A stretch of 60,915 nt of DNA, taken from Acidimicrobiaceae bacterium (GTDB taxonomy: Bacteria; Actinomycetota; Acidimicrobiia; Acidimicrobiales; Bog-793). The stretch is taken from contig PLIM01000174.1 in the NCBI GenBank assembly GCA_003139355.1, positions 1 to 60,915 of the forward strand, in the 5' to 3' direction. Below the pieces are notes generated by a model. That model was not told where the DNA came from, did not search any database, and worked only from the letters and a program-made list of their open reading frames with translations. Numbering within the stretch: position 1 is the first letter of the stretch; each line of letters opens with the position of its first letter. A program made the translations under genes and the position numbers. Below, piece after piece: positions 36,150-44,761 of this stretch.

Positions 36150-36464
36150 GCTCGTCTCGGATCCGACGGCCGATCAGCTCGCGGCTGTGTTGAGTGAACG
36201 TCTTGCCGGCGACAGGCCCATCGTCGTGGCGCATGCCGCCGGGACCGTGCTCGCGGCCCTTTCGTACGGGCCATCGGCAGTTGTCCGCGTGGTCGGGTCG
36301 TCGCCCGGGCTTCGCGCCGAGGTTCGCAGGTCCGCGGCGCAGGTCCGCGGGTCGGGTGGCTGGGAGCTCGGCGAAGCAGGAGAGGCCGTCGATGGCGCAG
36401 GAGCGGTGCTCGTGGGTGGAGGTGCTTGCAGCGGGACGGGTCGGGGTGCAGGCTGACGGGAGTG

Positions 36465-37790
36465 TCAGGCGCCGTCGGGCTGACTGGCGACCTGTGGCCG
36501 GCTCTCGTGCGCGTTGTCCTGTGCTGGCGTGAGAGCCAGGCCCAACCAGTGGGCACCGACGCCCGCGGCAGCGCAACAGGCGACGAAGAAGCCAAGCAAG
36601 AAGACTCCCATGTGGGCGCCGATCGCCGCGCCTGAGATGGCGGGGCTCACGATGTTGGCCACCGTGAAGCACATTGCGGAAGCGGCGAAGTAACGGCCGC
36701 GCAGCGTGGCCGGGGCAAGGTCGTTCACAAGCGGGCTGCTGACGGGGCTCAAGAGCACTTCACCCACCGCGAACACGGCAGGAGTGGCGATGACAAGCGC
36801 TCGGGCGGCACCGGATCCCGGAACCAGACCTGCGAAGGCGAGCACGACCCACGAGGCAGCGAACGCGCCCGCTACTGCCTTCAGCGCGGTCGTACGCCTC
36901 ATCCGGCCGACGAACCGCAGGGCGATGGGCTGCGTCAGCACGATGAACGACGTGTTGGCGGCGAACGAGATCGCGATCGTGCCGGGGCCGACCTTTGCGA
37001 CCGATGTTGCGAAACCTACAAAGCCGGTGTTTATGGCGGCGTAGCCGGCGATCATGAGAATGGTCGTCGTTATGGCGTACCGGCGGAACAAGCCGTCGGC
37101 CAGGACGGCCCGGTACCCATGCCGAGGCGATTGGTCGAAAGAGCCGGCTTCGGGGTTCTCTTCTCTCAGCTCCGATGGCGCATGGCCATCGCGCCTGGAA
37201 CCGAACGCGCTCCGCGGCAAGAGCGCGAGCGCAGCGACGACGGCCAGGTTCGAGGCTCCGTCGATGAGATACACCGCGACAAAGGTTCCCGGCTCACGCA
37301 CGTGCACTACGAGCCCGCCGATGATGGCACCAATTCCGAGGCCGAGGTTCAGGAGCTGGAAATTGCGCGCGAAAGCCAAACGGCTGACCGCGTCGTCCTC
37401 GACCATCACTCCCAGCAGCGCGTTCCAGGTTGGCCAACCAGCGGCTTGCCCGAGCCCGTACACGAACATGGCCGGCAGGGCAGTCAAGCTGCTGTGCACG
37501 GTCGCGAGAGAGGCAATGCCGAGTCCCTCGAGGATCAGGGCCACCAGCAACACAGCCCGGGCACCGAGGCGGTCGACGAGAGCACCGGCGGAGGGGCCTA
37601 CAGGCAGCGCAAGAACGGCGACGCCTCCGATCAGCAGGCCCGAGATCCCGAGAGGGATATGGCGAACCTCGTGAAGGTAGATGACGAGAAACGGGAGCGT
37701 CAGCCCGCCGCCGATCGATGACACGAAACTCGCCGCGAGCAGGACGCGCAAGGTCCCGGGGAGGCGACTCTCGGGCATCGGGTCAATCAT
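36465..37790 (-). CDS. MFS transporter (12-TMS type)
   Basis: 441 aa and hydrophobic, with the pattern LLAASFVSSIGGGLTLPFLVIYL...GALVDRLGAR. Confidence 0.8.
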   Translation of the reverse strand: MIDPMPESRLPGTLRVLLAASFVSSIGGGLTLPFLVIYLHEVRHIPLGISGLLIGGVAVLALPVGPSAGALVDRLGARAVLLVALILEGLGIASLATVHSSLTALPAMFVYGLGQAAGWPTWNALLGVMVEDDAVSRLAFARNFQLLNLGLGIGAIIGGLVVHVREPGTFVAVYLIDGASNLAVVAALALLPRSAFGSRRDGHAPSELREENPEAGSFDQSPRHGYRAVLADGLFRRYAITTTILMIAGYAAINTGFVGFATSVAKVGPGTIAISFAANTSFIVLTQPIALRFVGRMRRTTALKAVAGAFAASWVVLAFAGLVPGSGAARALVIATPAVFAVGEVLLSPVSSPLVNDLAPATLRGRYFAASAMCFTVANIVSPAISGAAIGAHMGVFLLGFFVACCAAAGVGAHWLGLALTPAQDNAHESRPQVASQPDGA

Positions 37791-37849
37791 CGCGCTCTCG
37801 GTGCGCAGATCCTGAACAGGCAGTTCGGGTGGGGAGTAGCTTCGCTGTC

Positions 37850-38533
37850 ATGGGATCGATGATCGAGTTTCCGAGCAACGGTTCGACCGAGGTTGGTTAC
37901 CTGGCCTCGCCCGTGGATGGGAACGGACCGGGAGTTGTCGTGATCCAGGAGTGGTGGGGCCTGGTTGACCACATCAAGGACGTATGCGATCGTCTTGCGG
38001 TCGAAGGCTACGTGGCGCTGGCACCTGATCTGTACCACGGCGTGAGAGTCGCTGAGCCCGGCGAGGCCGCCAAGTTGATGATGGCGCTCGAATTGGATCG
38101 GGCGTCAAAGGACATGAGCGGCGCTGTCGATGAGGTCGCGGCCCGATCGAGTGGCAGTGGGGTCGGAGTCGTCGGATTCTGCATGGGTGGCGGGCTGGCT
38201 CTGATGCTGGCATCACAGCGGCCGGACAAAGTGCTGGCTGTGGTGCCCTTCTACGGCGTGGTGCCCTGGGAAGGTGCGCAGCCCGACTATTCGATGCTGA
38301 CCGGGGCGATGCTCGGCCATTACGCGGGGAAGGACGAGTCGGTGAGCCCTGAAGCCGCCAGAGCACTCGTTGGCATCCTCCGAAGGGCCGGCAACGACGA
38401 TGTGAAGATCCACATCTATCCGCAAGCCGATCACGCCTTCTTCAACGACACCCGCCCGGAGGTCTATGACCCCGAGGCCTCAGCACTCGCCTGGCAGCGG
38501 ACCATCGAGTTTCTCCACTCCCATATCGGCTGA
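37850..38533 (+). CDS. Dienelactone hydrolase family protein
   Basis: GPGVVVIQEWWGL...VGVVGFCMGGGLAL...ADHAFFND. The ORF opens at 37718, but ATG 37850 is preferred. Confidence 0.85.
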   Translation: MGSMIEFPSNGSTEVGYLASPVDGNGPGVVVIQEWWGLVDHIKDVCDRLAVEGYVALAPDLYHGVRVAEPGEAAKLMMALELDRASKDMSGAVDEVAARSSGSGVGVVGFCMGGGLALMLASQRPDKVLAVVPFYGVVPWEGAQPDYSMLTGAMLGHYAGKDESVSPEAARALVGILRRAGNDDVKIHIYPQADHAFFNDTRPEVYDPEASALAWQRTIEFLHSHIG

Positions 38534-38540
38534 GCGCCGC

Positions 38541-39719
38541 ATGACGGCGAACGTCATCGAGCGGTACCCAGAGCTCAGCCTGGCGATGGACCGCCACGTC
38601 AACGGGTCGGCGGACTCCTGCTACGGGCCGAGAGCACTCGCACGCCACGTCGCAGCCGCACCGGTCACGCCATCGGAACACCTCGTCGCCGAGGCGCGGG
38701 CACTCCTCGCGGCCATCGGTGCCGAGACCGCCGCCGCCGACGGTTCAGGGCGTCGTCCTACGATCGATGTCATGTCCGAGCGCTCCCGCAATCTTCCCCG
38801 CCGTTCTTGCCTTTCGGTCCCGGGATCGAGCCCGCGCTTTCTGGAGAAGGCTCCGAGCGTCCTGGCCGACATGACCTTTATCGACCTGGAGGACTCCGTA
38901 GCGCCGCTCGAGAAGCAGTCCGCGAGGGAAAAGGCGATCGACGCGATCCGCGACCTTTCGTGGGACGACCGCGTACTCTGCGTTCGCGTGAACGGGTGGG
39001 CCACGCGCTGGACCTACGGCGACGTAATCGAGGTCGTCGGCGGATCTGGCGATCGGCTCGACGAGGTCATGTTGCCGAAGACCCAGTCAGCGGCAGAGGT
39101 TATAGCGCTCGACCTGCTCCTCACCCAGGTGGAGCTCAACAGTGGGCTACCGGCCGGCCACATCGGCATCGAGGCGCAGATCGAGACGGCCCGGGGGCTC
39201 ATCAACGTCGAGGAGATCTGCGCCGCATCACGAAGGCTTGAGGCCATTGTTTTCGGCCCGGCGGATTTCTCAGCCTCCATCGAGATGCCCGTGCTGACAG
39301 GCGGTGTCCAGATCGGCCAGTACCCGGGCGACCACTTCCACTACGTCTTCAGCAAGATCCTGGTGGCCGGACGAGCCAACGGCATTCAGGTCATCGACGG
39401 CCCGTTTCTCAAGATTCGTGAGCCGGAACTGTTCCGCGATTACTGCAGGCGGGCACACATCCTCGGCTATGACGGCAAGTGGGCGCTCCACCCGGACCAA
39501 GTCGCGATCTTGAACGAGGTGTTCTCGCCGACCCAAGAGCAGTTCGACCGGGCATGGGCGATTCTGGATGCCTACAAGGAAGCGACCGAGCGCCAGGGCA
39601 AAGGCGCCGTCATGTTCGGCGAGGAGATGATCGACGAGGCGAGTCGCAAGATGGCGATCAAGTTCGTCTCCCGGGGCGAACGCGGAGGCCTGAAGCGCTC
39701 GGAGCAGCGTGAGCCCTGA
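38541..39719 (+). CDS. HpcH/HpaI-CitE family acyl-CoA lyase (malyl/citramalyl-CoA lyase-like) with ~77-aa N-terminal extension
   Basis: RRSCLSVPGSSPRFLEKAP...DMTFIDLEDSVAP...GIEAQIET..., and the C-terminus DGKWALHPDQV. An alternative start is ATG 38772. The 38541-38771 frame keeps high third-position GC. Confidence 0.8.
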   Translation: MTANVIERYPELSLAMDRHVNGSADSCYGPRALARHVAAAPVTPSEHLVAEARALLAAIGAETAAADGSGRRPTIDVMSERSRNLPRRSCLSVPGSSPRFLEKAPSVLADMTFIDLEDSVAPLEKQSAREKAIDAIRDLSWDDRVLCVRVNGWATRWTYGDVIEVVGGSGDRLDEVMLPKTQSAAEVIALDLLLTQVELNSGLPAGHIGIEAQIETARGLINVEEICAASRRLEAIVFGPADFSASIEMPVLTGGVQIGQYPGDHFHYVFSKILVAGRANGIQVIDGPFLKIREPELFRDYCRRAHILGYDGKWALHPDQVAILNEVFSPTQEQFDRAWAILDAYKEATERQGKGAVMFGEEMIDEASRKMAIKFVSRGERGGLKRSEQREP

Positions 39720-39764
39720 GCGGGGCTCCGGGCTGCATCCCTAGGCCAACTGGGATCGTTCGAC

Positions 39765-40604
39765 ATGCCCGAGCTTCCCCAGATGCAGGCGCTCGCTGAG
39801 CGCGTCGACGCTGCAGTCGCCGGGGCGATCATCGCGCGGGTCGAGCCGCTGGGCTTCTCCGGGCTGAAGACGGTCTTGCCGCCCGGCGAAGGGCTCGAGG
39901 GCGAGACGCTGCTCGCAGTGGGGCGGAGAGGCAAGTACCTCGTACTAACCCTCTCTTCCGGTCGCCGCGTGCTGGTTCACCTCTCACAGGCGGGCCGGTT
40001 GGACATAGAGGAACCCTTCAAGCACACCAAGCCGAGAGGAGCCGTTGTTCGTTTCGTGTTCGGAAACGGCACTGCTGTGCTTGTTCGCGAGCACGCCAAC
40101 GAGCGCAAGGCGGGTTGGTGGGTGCTGGCCGCCGGTGCGGAAGGGCCTCTGGGCGGCCTCGGCCCAGAGCCGCCGGAGAAGGCTTTCGAGGATCTGCTGC
40201 TCACGAGCGAGGACACGCGGCATCTTCATACCCTTCTGAGAGATCAGCGATTCGTGGCCGGCATCGGCCGGGGCTACGCGGACGACGCGCTGAACCGTGC
40301 CGGGTTGTCGCCGTTCTCGCCCCTCAAGTCGCTGAGCCAGGCGGCTCGCAGGCGTTTGGTGGCCGACATCCGGTCGGTCATGTCCGAGGCCATCGCATCG
40401 GAGCGGCTACGAACGGGCGGCCTGTCGGAGTCCAAGCTTGGCACGGTCTTTGCCGTGCACAATCGGGCTGGACAAGCCTGTCCCGTCTGCGGCGAAGCTT
40501 TGCTACGGGTCTCCTACGAGTCGCACGAGGTCGTCTACTGCAAGCGCTGCCAGACCAGGGGCCGCGCGCTCGCAGATCGCCGTTTCTCGCGCCTGCTGAA
40601 GTGA
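39765..40604 (+). CDS. Fpg/Nei-family DNA glycosylase
   Basis: N-terminal MPELPQMQ (catalytic Pro2/Glu3) and a C-terminal zinc finger CPVCGEALLRVSYESHEVVYCKRCQ. Confidence 0.85.
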   Translation: MPELPQMQALAERVDAAVAGAIIARVEPLGFSGLKTVLPPGEGLEGETLLAVGRRGKYLVLTLSSGRRVLVHLSQAGRLDIEEPFKHTKPRGAVVRFVFGNGTAVLVREHANERKAGWWVLAAGAEGPLGGLGPEPPEKAFEDLLLTSEDTRHLHTLLRDQRFVAGIGRGYADDALNRAGLSPFSPLKSLSQAARRRLVADIRSVMSEAIASERLRTGGLSESKLGTVFAVHNRAGQACPVCGEALLRVSYESHEVVYCKRCQTRGRALADRRFSRLLK

Positions 40605-40741
40605 CCGTGACCGGCGCGACCTGCCGCCTCTTCCGGCGCGGGTAGCGTTCTTCGAGAGCACCCCGTCCGCGGGCGCTCAAAGGCGGGCAGTCGCGCCCGC
40701 CCGACGGCCCGAGAGGAGCCTTGGTGATAGGCGAGAAGGTC

Positions 40742-41113
40742 ATGCACTTCCAGGACAAGCATGTTGACCTGGCCGTCCTGCAGTCGAAGATCGAGGACTA
40801 CTTGAAGTCCGACGGCTTCACCGTGCAGAGGTCTGCCGACAGCGACCACGGGGTCGTTCTCCAGGCCAAGAAGGGCAGGTTCCTGGCGGCGGTGATCGAC
40901 GCAGACCGGGCCTTGACGATCCTTGTGTCGGGCTCGCCCGATGACTGCGTCGTGCGCGTCGGAGTCGGCAAATGGCTTCAGCACCTCGCGACGGCAGCCC
41001 TTGAGACTCTGCTCCTCTCCGACCTGTTCCTTCTGGTCGACGTGGCCGAGGTGGCATGGAACCTCGAGATCGAGGACAAGATCGTCACGCAGGTTCAATC
41101 CTTCGTCGGCTGA
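40742..41113 (+). CDS. Hypothetical protein (123 aa)
   Basis: Good codon bias, with the RBS gagaagg 3 nt before ATG 40742. No recognised motif. Confidence 0.55.
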   Translation: MHFQDKHVDLAVLQSKIEDYLKSDGFTVQRSADSDHGVVLQAKKGRFLAAVIDADRALTILVSGSPDDCVVRVGVGKWLQHLATAALETLLLSDLFLLVDVAEVAWNLEIEDKIVTQVQSFVG

Positions 41114-41272
41114 CCTGGTGTCAACCGGCCGGCGCCTGCTCCACCAGGCGCCGGGCGATCACCTTTGGGCAGAGAACCCTCGTCGGCTCCCTCGAGGACC
41201 GGCACCACGTTGCAGGGCGGACTTGACGTCCGCAATGTCGGACAAGGACTCGCCCTCGGCCACCAGGCCGGG

Positions 41273-41965
41273 CTAGCGCGGGTGCGTCGCATCCTCCGGG
41301 CCGGCGCGGCGGCCGATGACGGTGACGAGGGGCGGCAGCACCACGGAGGCGTCTCCCGGCTCCACCTCGGTGAGCTCCTCGAGGTAGATTGCCACCGGTC
41401 CTGGCCCAGCTCCTGCCGGAGCCTCGGCCCAGGCGTCGACGAGCTCGAGGCCCGCTTCGCGTACGAGCCTGGGAAGTAGGGCTCCCACGTCGGGGTGCAG
41501 CCCCTCTGGCATCGACATCGGCAGGCCGTCGATCCGTCCCGCCGAGGTGATGGGCTCCTGCGCGAGGAGGTAGCCGCCAGGCCTCAGTGCGGCGGCCATC
41601 TGCCGCAGGACTGCACGGGGCTCGAGGACGTGCACCAGCAAGAAACGGCAGTATGCGAGGTCCACGCTCTCCGGCAATGCCAGGTTCTCGCCGGCCTGGG
41701 TGATGGCGATGACCTGGGCGCATCCGGCGCCGGCCGCGGCTGCGGCCACCTCGTCGCGTGCGCGGGGATCGCTGTCGACGGCATAGACGCGTCCTTCGCG
41801 TCCCACGAGCTCCGCGAAGGCAACAGAGACGTCGCCGGCACCGGCACCGACGTCCACGCATCGCCATCCTGGCGCGAGGCCCAGGCGCTCGAGGGCGGTT
41901 GCCAGCGGTCGCCGGTAAAGGTCGTTGCGCAACCCGAGCTCGTCCACCGCGACGACGGTACTCAA
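41273..41965 (-). CDS. Class I SAM-dependent methyltransferase
   Basis: Motif I CVDVGAGAGDVSVAFAELVGREGRVYAVD. Confidence 0.8.
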   Translation of the reverse strand: MSTVVAVDELGLRNDLYRRPLATALERLGLAPGWRCVDVGAGAGDVSVAFAELVGREGRVYAVDSDPRARDEVAAAAAGAGCAQVIAITQAGENLALPESVDLAYCRFLLVHVLEPRAVLRQMAAALRPGGYLLAQEPITSAGRIDGLPMSMPEGLHPDVGALLPRLVREAGLELVDAWAEAPAGAGPGPVAIYLEELTEVEPGDASVVLPPLVTVIGRRAGPEDATHPR

Positions 41966-42020
41966 AGTTCGCTGATCGGCCGATATCGTGCCGGGCTACG
42001 GTTGCTCCGTGCGAGTGACG

Positions 42021-42446
42021 ATGATGCTCTGTGACGCGGCGCAGGTGGCAGACGGGAAGCTCTTCATCCTCGGAGGGGGCTGGAGCCTCATCGGACCCGA
42101 CCCGATGCCGTCCGCGATCGCCATGAAAGTGGACGTGGGCTGGCACGAGGCGGGGCGGCCGCATCATTGGGAGCTCTTCCTCGTGGACGAGGACGGGCGC
42201 CCGGTCATCGTCGAAGCCGCCGAGGGTCCCCAGCCGATCGAAGTGCGAGGAGACTTCGAGGTGGGGCGGCCGGAGGGCGTGCCGGAGGGCAGCCCGGTCG
42301 ACATAGCGCTAGCGGTCAACTTCAGTCCGCTTCCCCTCGCGCACAACACCCGCTTCACTTGGCGCCTCACCATCGACGGGGAGAGCGAGAACGACTGGCA
42401 GCTTGCCTTTTCCACGAGGCCGCCACGGGAGCTGCCCGACCAATGA
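42021..42446 (+). CDS. Conserved hypothetical protein
   Basis: MMLCDAAQVADGKLFILGGGWSLIGP... resembles an actinobacterial DUF, from memory only. Its stop overlaps the MaoC start (ATGA). Confidence 0.55.
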   Translation: MMLCDAAQVADGKLFILGGGWSLIGPDPMPSAIAMKVDVGWHEAGRPHHWELFLVDEDGRPVIVEAAEGPQPIEVRGDFEVGRPEGVPEGSPVDIALAVNFSPLPLAHNTRFTWRLTIDGESENDWQLAFSTRPPRELPDQ

Positions 42447-42952
42447 CCACCTACGAGCGGCCCTTCGGTCGTGTTTTCGAGGACTTCGTGGTCGGTGACG
42501 TCTATCGACACTGGCCGGGCAAGACGATCACGGAACACGACGACCACCTGTTCTGCCTGCTGACGATGAACCATCATCCGCTGCATCTCGATGCTTGGTT
42601 CGCGGAGCACGAGACCGTGCAGGGCGCCAACGTCGTGGTCGGGAACCTCGTCTACTCACTGGCGCTGGGGATGAGCGTGCCCGACGTCTCCGGCTCGGCG
42701 ATCGCAAACCTCGAAGTCGAGTCGCTCCAGCACAGGTACCCGACCTTTCATGGGGACACGATCTATGCCGAGACCCGCGTGCTCGAGGCGGTCGAGTCCA
42801 GCTCCAAGCCGGACCGTGGAGTCGTGACGGTGGAGACCCGCGCCTTCAACCAGCACGGCGACGAGGTGTGCTACTTCCGACGCAAGGTGATGGTCTGGAA
42901 GCGCGACTCGCTTCCTCAGCGCAAGGGGCTCCCAGCCGAGAGTGAGGACTGA
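42443..42952 (+). CDS. MaoC-family (R)-specific enoyl-CoA hydratase (itaconyl/mesaconyl-CoA hydratase-like)
   Basis: Hot-dog fold pattern GDVYRHWPGKTITEHDDHLFCLLTMNHHPLHLD...GDTIYAETRV. The upstream part of ORF 42167.. is Arg/Gly-rich and was rejected. Confidence 0.8.
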   Translation: MTTYERPFGRVFEDFVVGDVYRHWPGKTITEHDDHLFCLLTMNHHPLHLDAWFAEHETVQGANVVVGNLVYSLALGMSVPDVSGSAIANLEVESLQHRYPTFHGDTIYAETRVLEAVESSSKPDRGVVTVETRAFNQHGDEVCYFRRKVMVWKRDSLPQRKGLPAESED

Positions 42953-43062
42953 GGCTCGGGAAAACCTCGCCAGAGCTTCGACTTGCCCGGGCCGTCGTTT
43001 CTTGGTCACCTAGTCATGCCGCACTAACCTGCCGGAGTCCGCTTCGCAGAGTCTCAGGATCA

Positions 43063-43632
43063 ATGGAAGGAGGGCGACCGTTGCCGAGAGTGGAAACGTC
43101 CACGGTGATCGCGGACGTCATGATCGTGACTCCGGACATCTACGGCGACGTCCGTGGACGGTTCATCGAGACGTACCGAAGGAGCTGGTTCCCGCTCGGG
43201 CGCGAGATGGTTCAAGGAAACCGTTCGGATCGTCAGCGGGGCGCCGTCGTCGGTCTTCATTACCACCTCCACCAGGCCGACTACTGGTACGTGAGCCGGG
43301 GCCGGGCTCGTGTCGTCCTGCACGACCTCCGGGTCGGCTCGCCGACCGACGGGGCGACCGAGATCCTGGAGATAGGCGAGCACAACGATCGCGGGTTGTT
43401 CATCCCCCCTGGCGTCGGGCACGGATTCGCGGCCGTCACCGATCTGACGCTCACATACCTCGTGGATTCCTACTACAACCCGAGCGACGAGCTCGGCGTT
43501 GCCTGGGACGACCTCGAGCTCAGAGCGGATTGGGGCGTAGCCGACCCGGTCGTGTCAGCACGTGACCGGGCCAACCCGCGCCGTTCGGAGATCCCCGACC
43601 ATCTCCGCCCGCGCTACGGCTCGAGAACCTGA
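43063..43632 (+). CDS. rmlC: dTDP-4-dehydrorhamnose 3,5-epimerase
   Basis: GDVRGRFIETY...VVGLHYH...QADYWYV...FIPPGVGHGFAA...YNPSDELGVAWDD. The start is uncertain (ATG 43063, TTG 43081 or GTG 43090). Confidence 0.85.
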   Translation: MEGGRPLPRVETSTVIADVMIVTPDIYGDVRGRFIETYRRSWFPLGREMVQGNRSDRQRGAVVGLHYHLHQADYWYVSRGRARVVLHDLRVGSPTDGATEILEIGEHNDRGLFIPPGVGHGFAAVTDLTLTYLVDSYYNPSDELGVAWDDLELRADWGVADPVVSARDRANPRRSEIPDHLRPRYGSRT

Positions 43633-43708
43633 GCAGCGCACGCGCATCGGCTGCGCGCGACGCCATGGCCTCGGTACTCGGCTTGAATGGGAACGTGCGT
43701 AGCAAGTC

Positions 43709-44761
43709 GTGGAGCTGACGGGCGTGATCTGGCTCGTCATTGTCATCCTCGCGGCGCTCGTCGTAGCCGCCATCGTCTGGGCCCGCGTCGATGCGGCCAG
43801 GTCAGCGCACAAATCCGTCGAGACTTACGAACGCGGGATCGGCGCGCTCGGACAGATCTCGAAGCGTACCCAGTCAACCGGATTCCGAATCCTTCCCCAC
43901 GAGGAGGCCGGTCGGCCCCATGTCGGCAGGCGCATCGACCAGGCAGGCGGGGAGGCGCCCGCTGAGCGCGAGAATGTCCGCTTGCCTGGCCAGGGCCGGT
44001 TGGCTCCTTCGCGGCTGCCGCCAGCCGGCGAGCCCAAGCTCCGCTTCAGCGGGCCCGGTCGGCCGCCAGAGAGTGCGCCGGCAGCCAGCCCGCAAGCCGG
44101 TGACCAAGAGCGCGACGACCGAGAAGCTGGAGCGACGCGGGGAGCGCTGCCCGCGACGGCGTCGGGTGTCGCCGCCCAGGCGCGACTCGCGCACGCCCGC
44201 GGCCGGGTGCCTGGTACAGGCGGGGCGGGCGCTCGCAGGGCGCCATACCAGTCACCGGCCGATCGGCGTCGCCAGGTGATAGCACGACGGGTCGCGACCG
44301 GTGCAACGGCAGGCGCGGCGGTCGTGGCGGTCGCCCTAGCCGCGTTTTTCTTGAGCGGTGGCGGTGGGCATCACCCGACGACGAGCACGACGACGACCAT
44401 CCGCCGCGGAGGCGGCGGTCGGACCACGACCACCACCACGACGCTCCCCACGACACTGAAGCCCACGTCTGTATCACCCACCAACGTCGCGTTCACGGTG
44501 CCGTCAGGCGACTACTCATTGGCCTTCCAGGCGACCGGCGGTAGCTGCTGGGTAGGGATCGAACACACCAGAGCCGGCCCGTGGCTCTTTGCGAAGACGC
44601 TGAGCCCCGGGCCGGCGACGACCTACGAAGGATCGGGCGCGCTCGTCATCACGCTCGGCGCCCCGGCTCACATCGGCTTCACCGTGAACGGGCTGGTGGC
44701 GGAGCTTCCCAGCGGGGTCACGCAGGCCTACAGCGTCGAGCTCACGCCGGCCTCGGGCTGA
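43709..44761 (+). CDS. Membrane-anchored Pro/Arg/Thr-rich protein with C-terminal DUF4115 (RodZ C-terminal-like) domain
   Basis: N-terminal TM VIWLVIVILAALVVAAIVWA. The C-terminus SLAFQATGGSCWVGIE...ALVITLGAPAHIGFTVNG resembles the RodZ C-domain. No HTH was seen. Confidence 0.55.
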   Translation: MELTGVIWLVIVILAALVVAAIVWARVDAARSAHKSVETYERGIGALGQISKRTQSTGFRILPHEEAGRPHVGRRIDQAGGEAPAERENVRLPGQGRLAPSRLPPAGEPKLRFSGPGRPPESAPAASPQAGDQERDDREAGATRGALPATASGVAAQARLAHARGRVPGTGGAGARRAPYQSPADRRRQVIARRVATGATAGAAVVAVALAAFFLSGGGGHHPTTSTTTTIRRGGGGRTTTTTTTLPTTLKPTSVSPTNVAFTVPSGDYSLAFQATGGSCWVGIEHTRAGPWLFAKTLSPGPATTYEGSGALVITLGAPAHIGFTVNGLVAELPSGVTQAYSVELTPASG

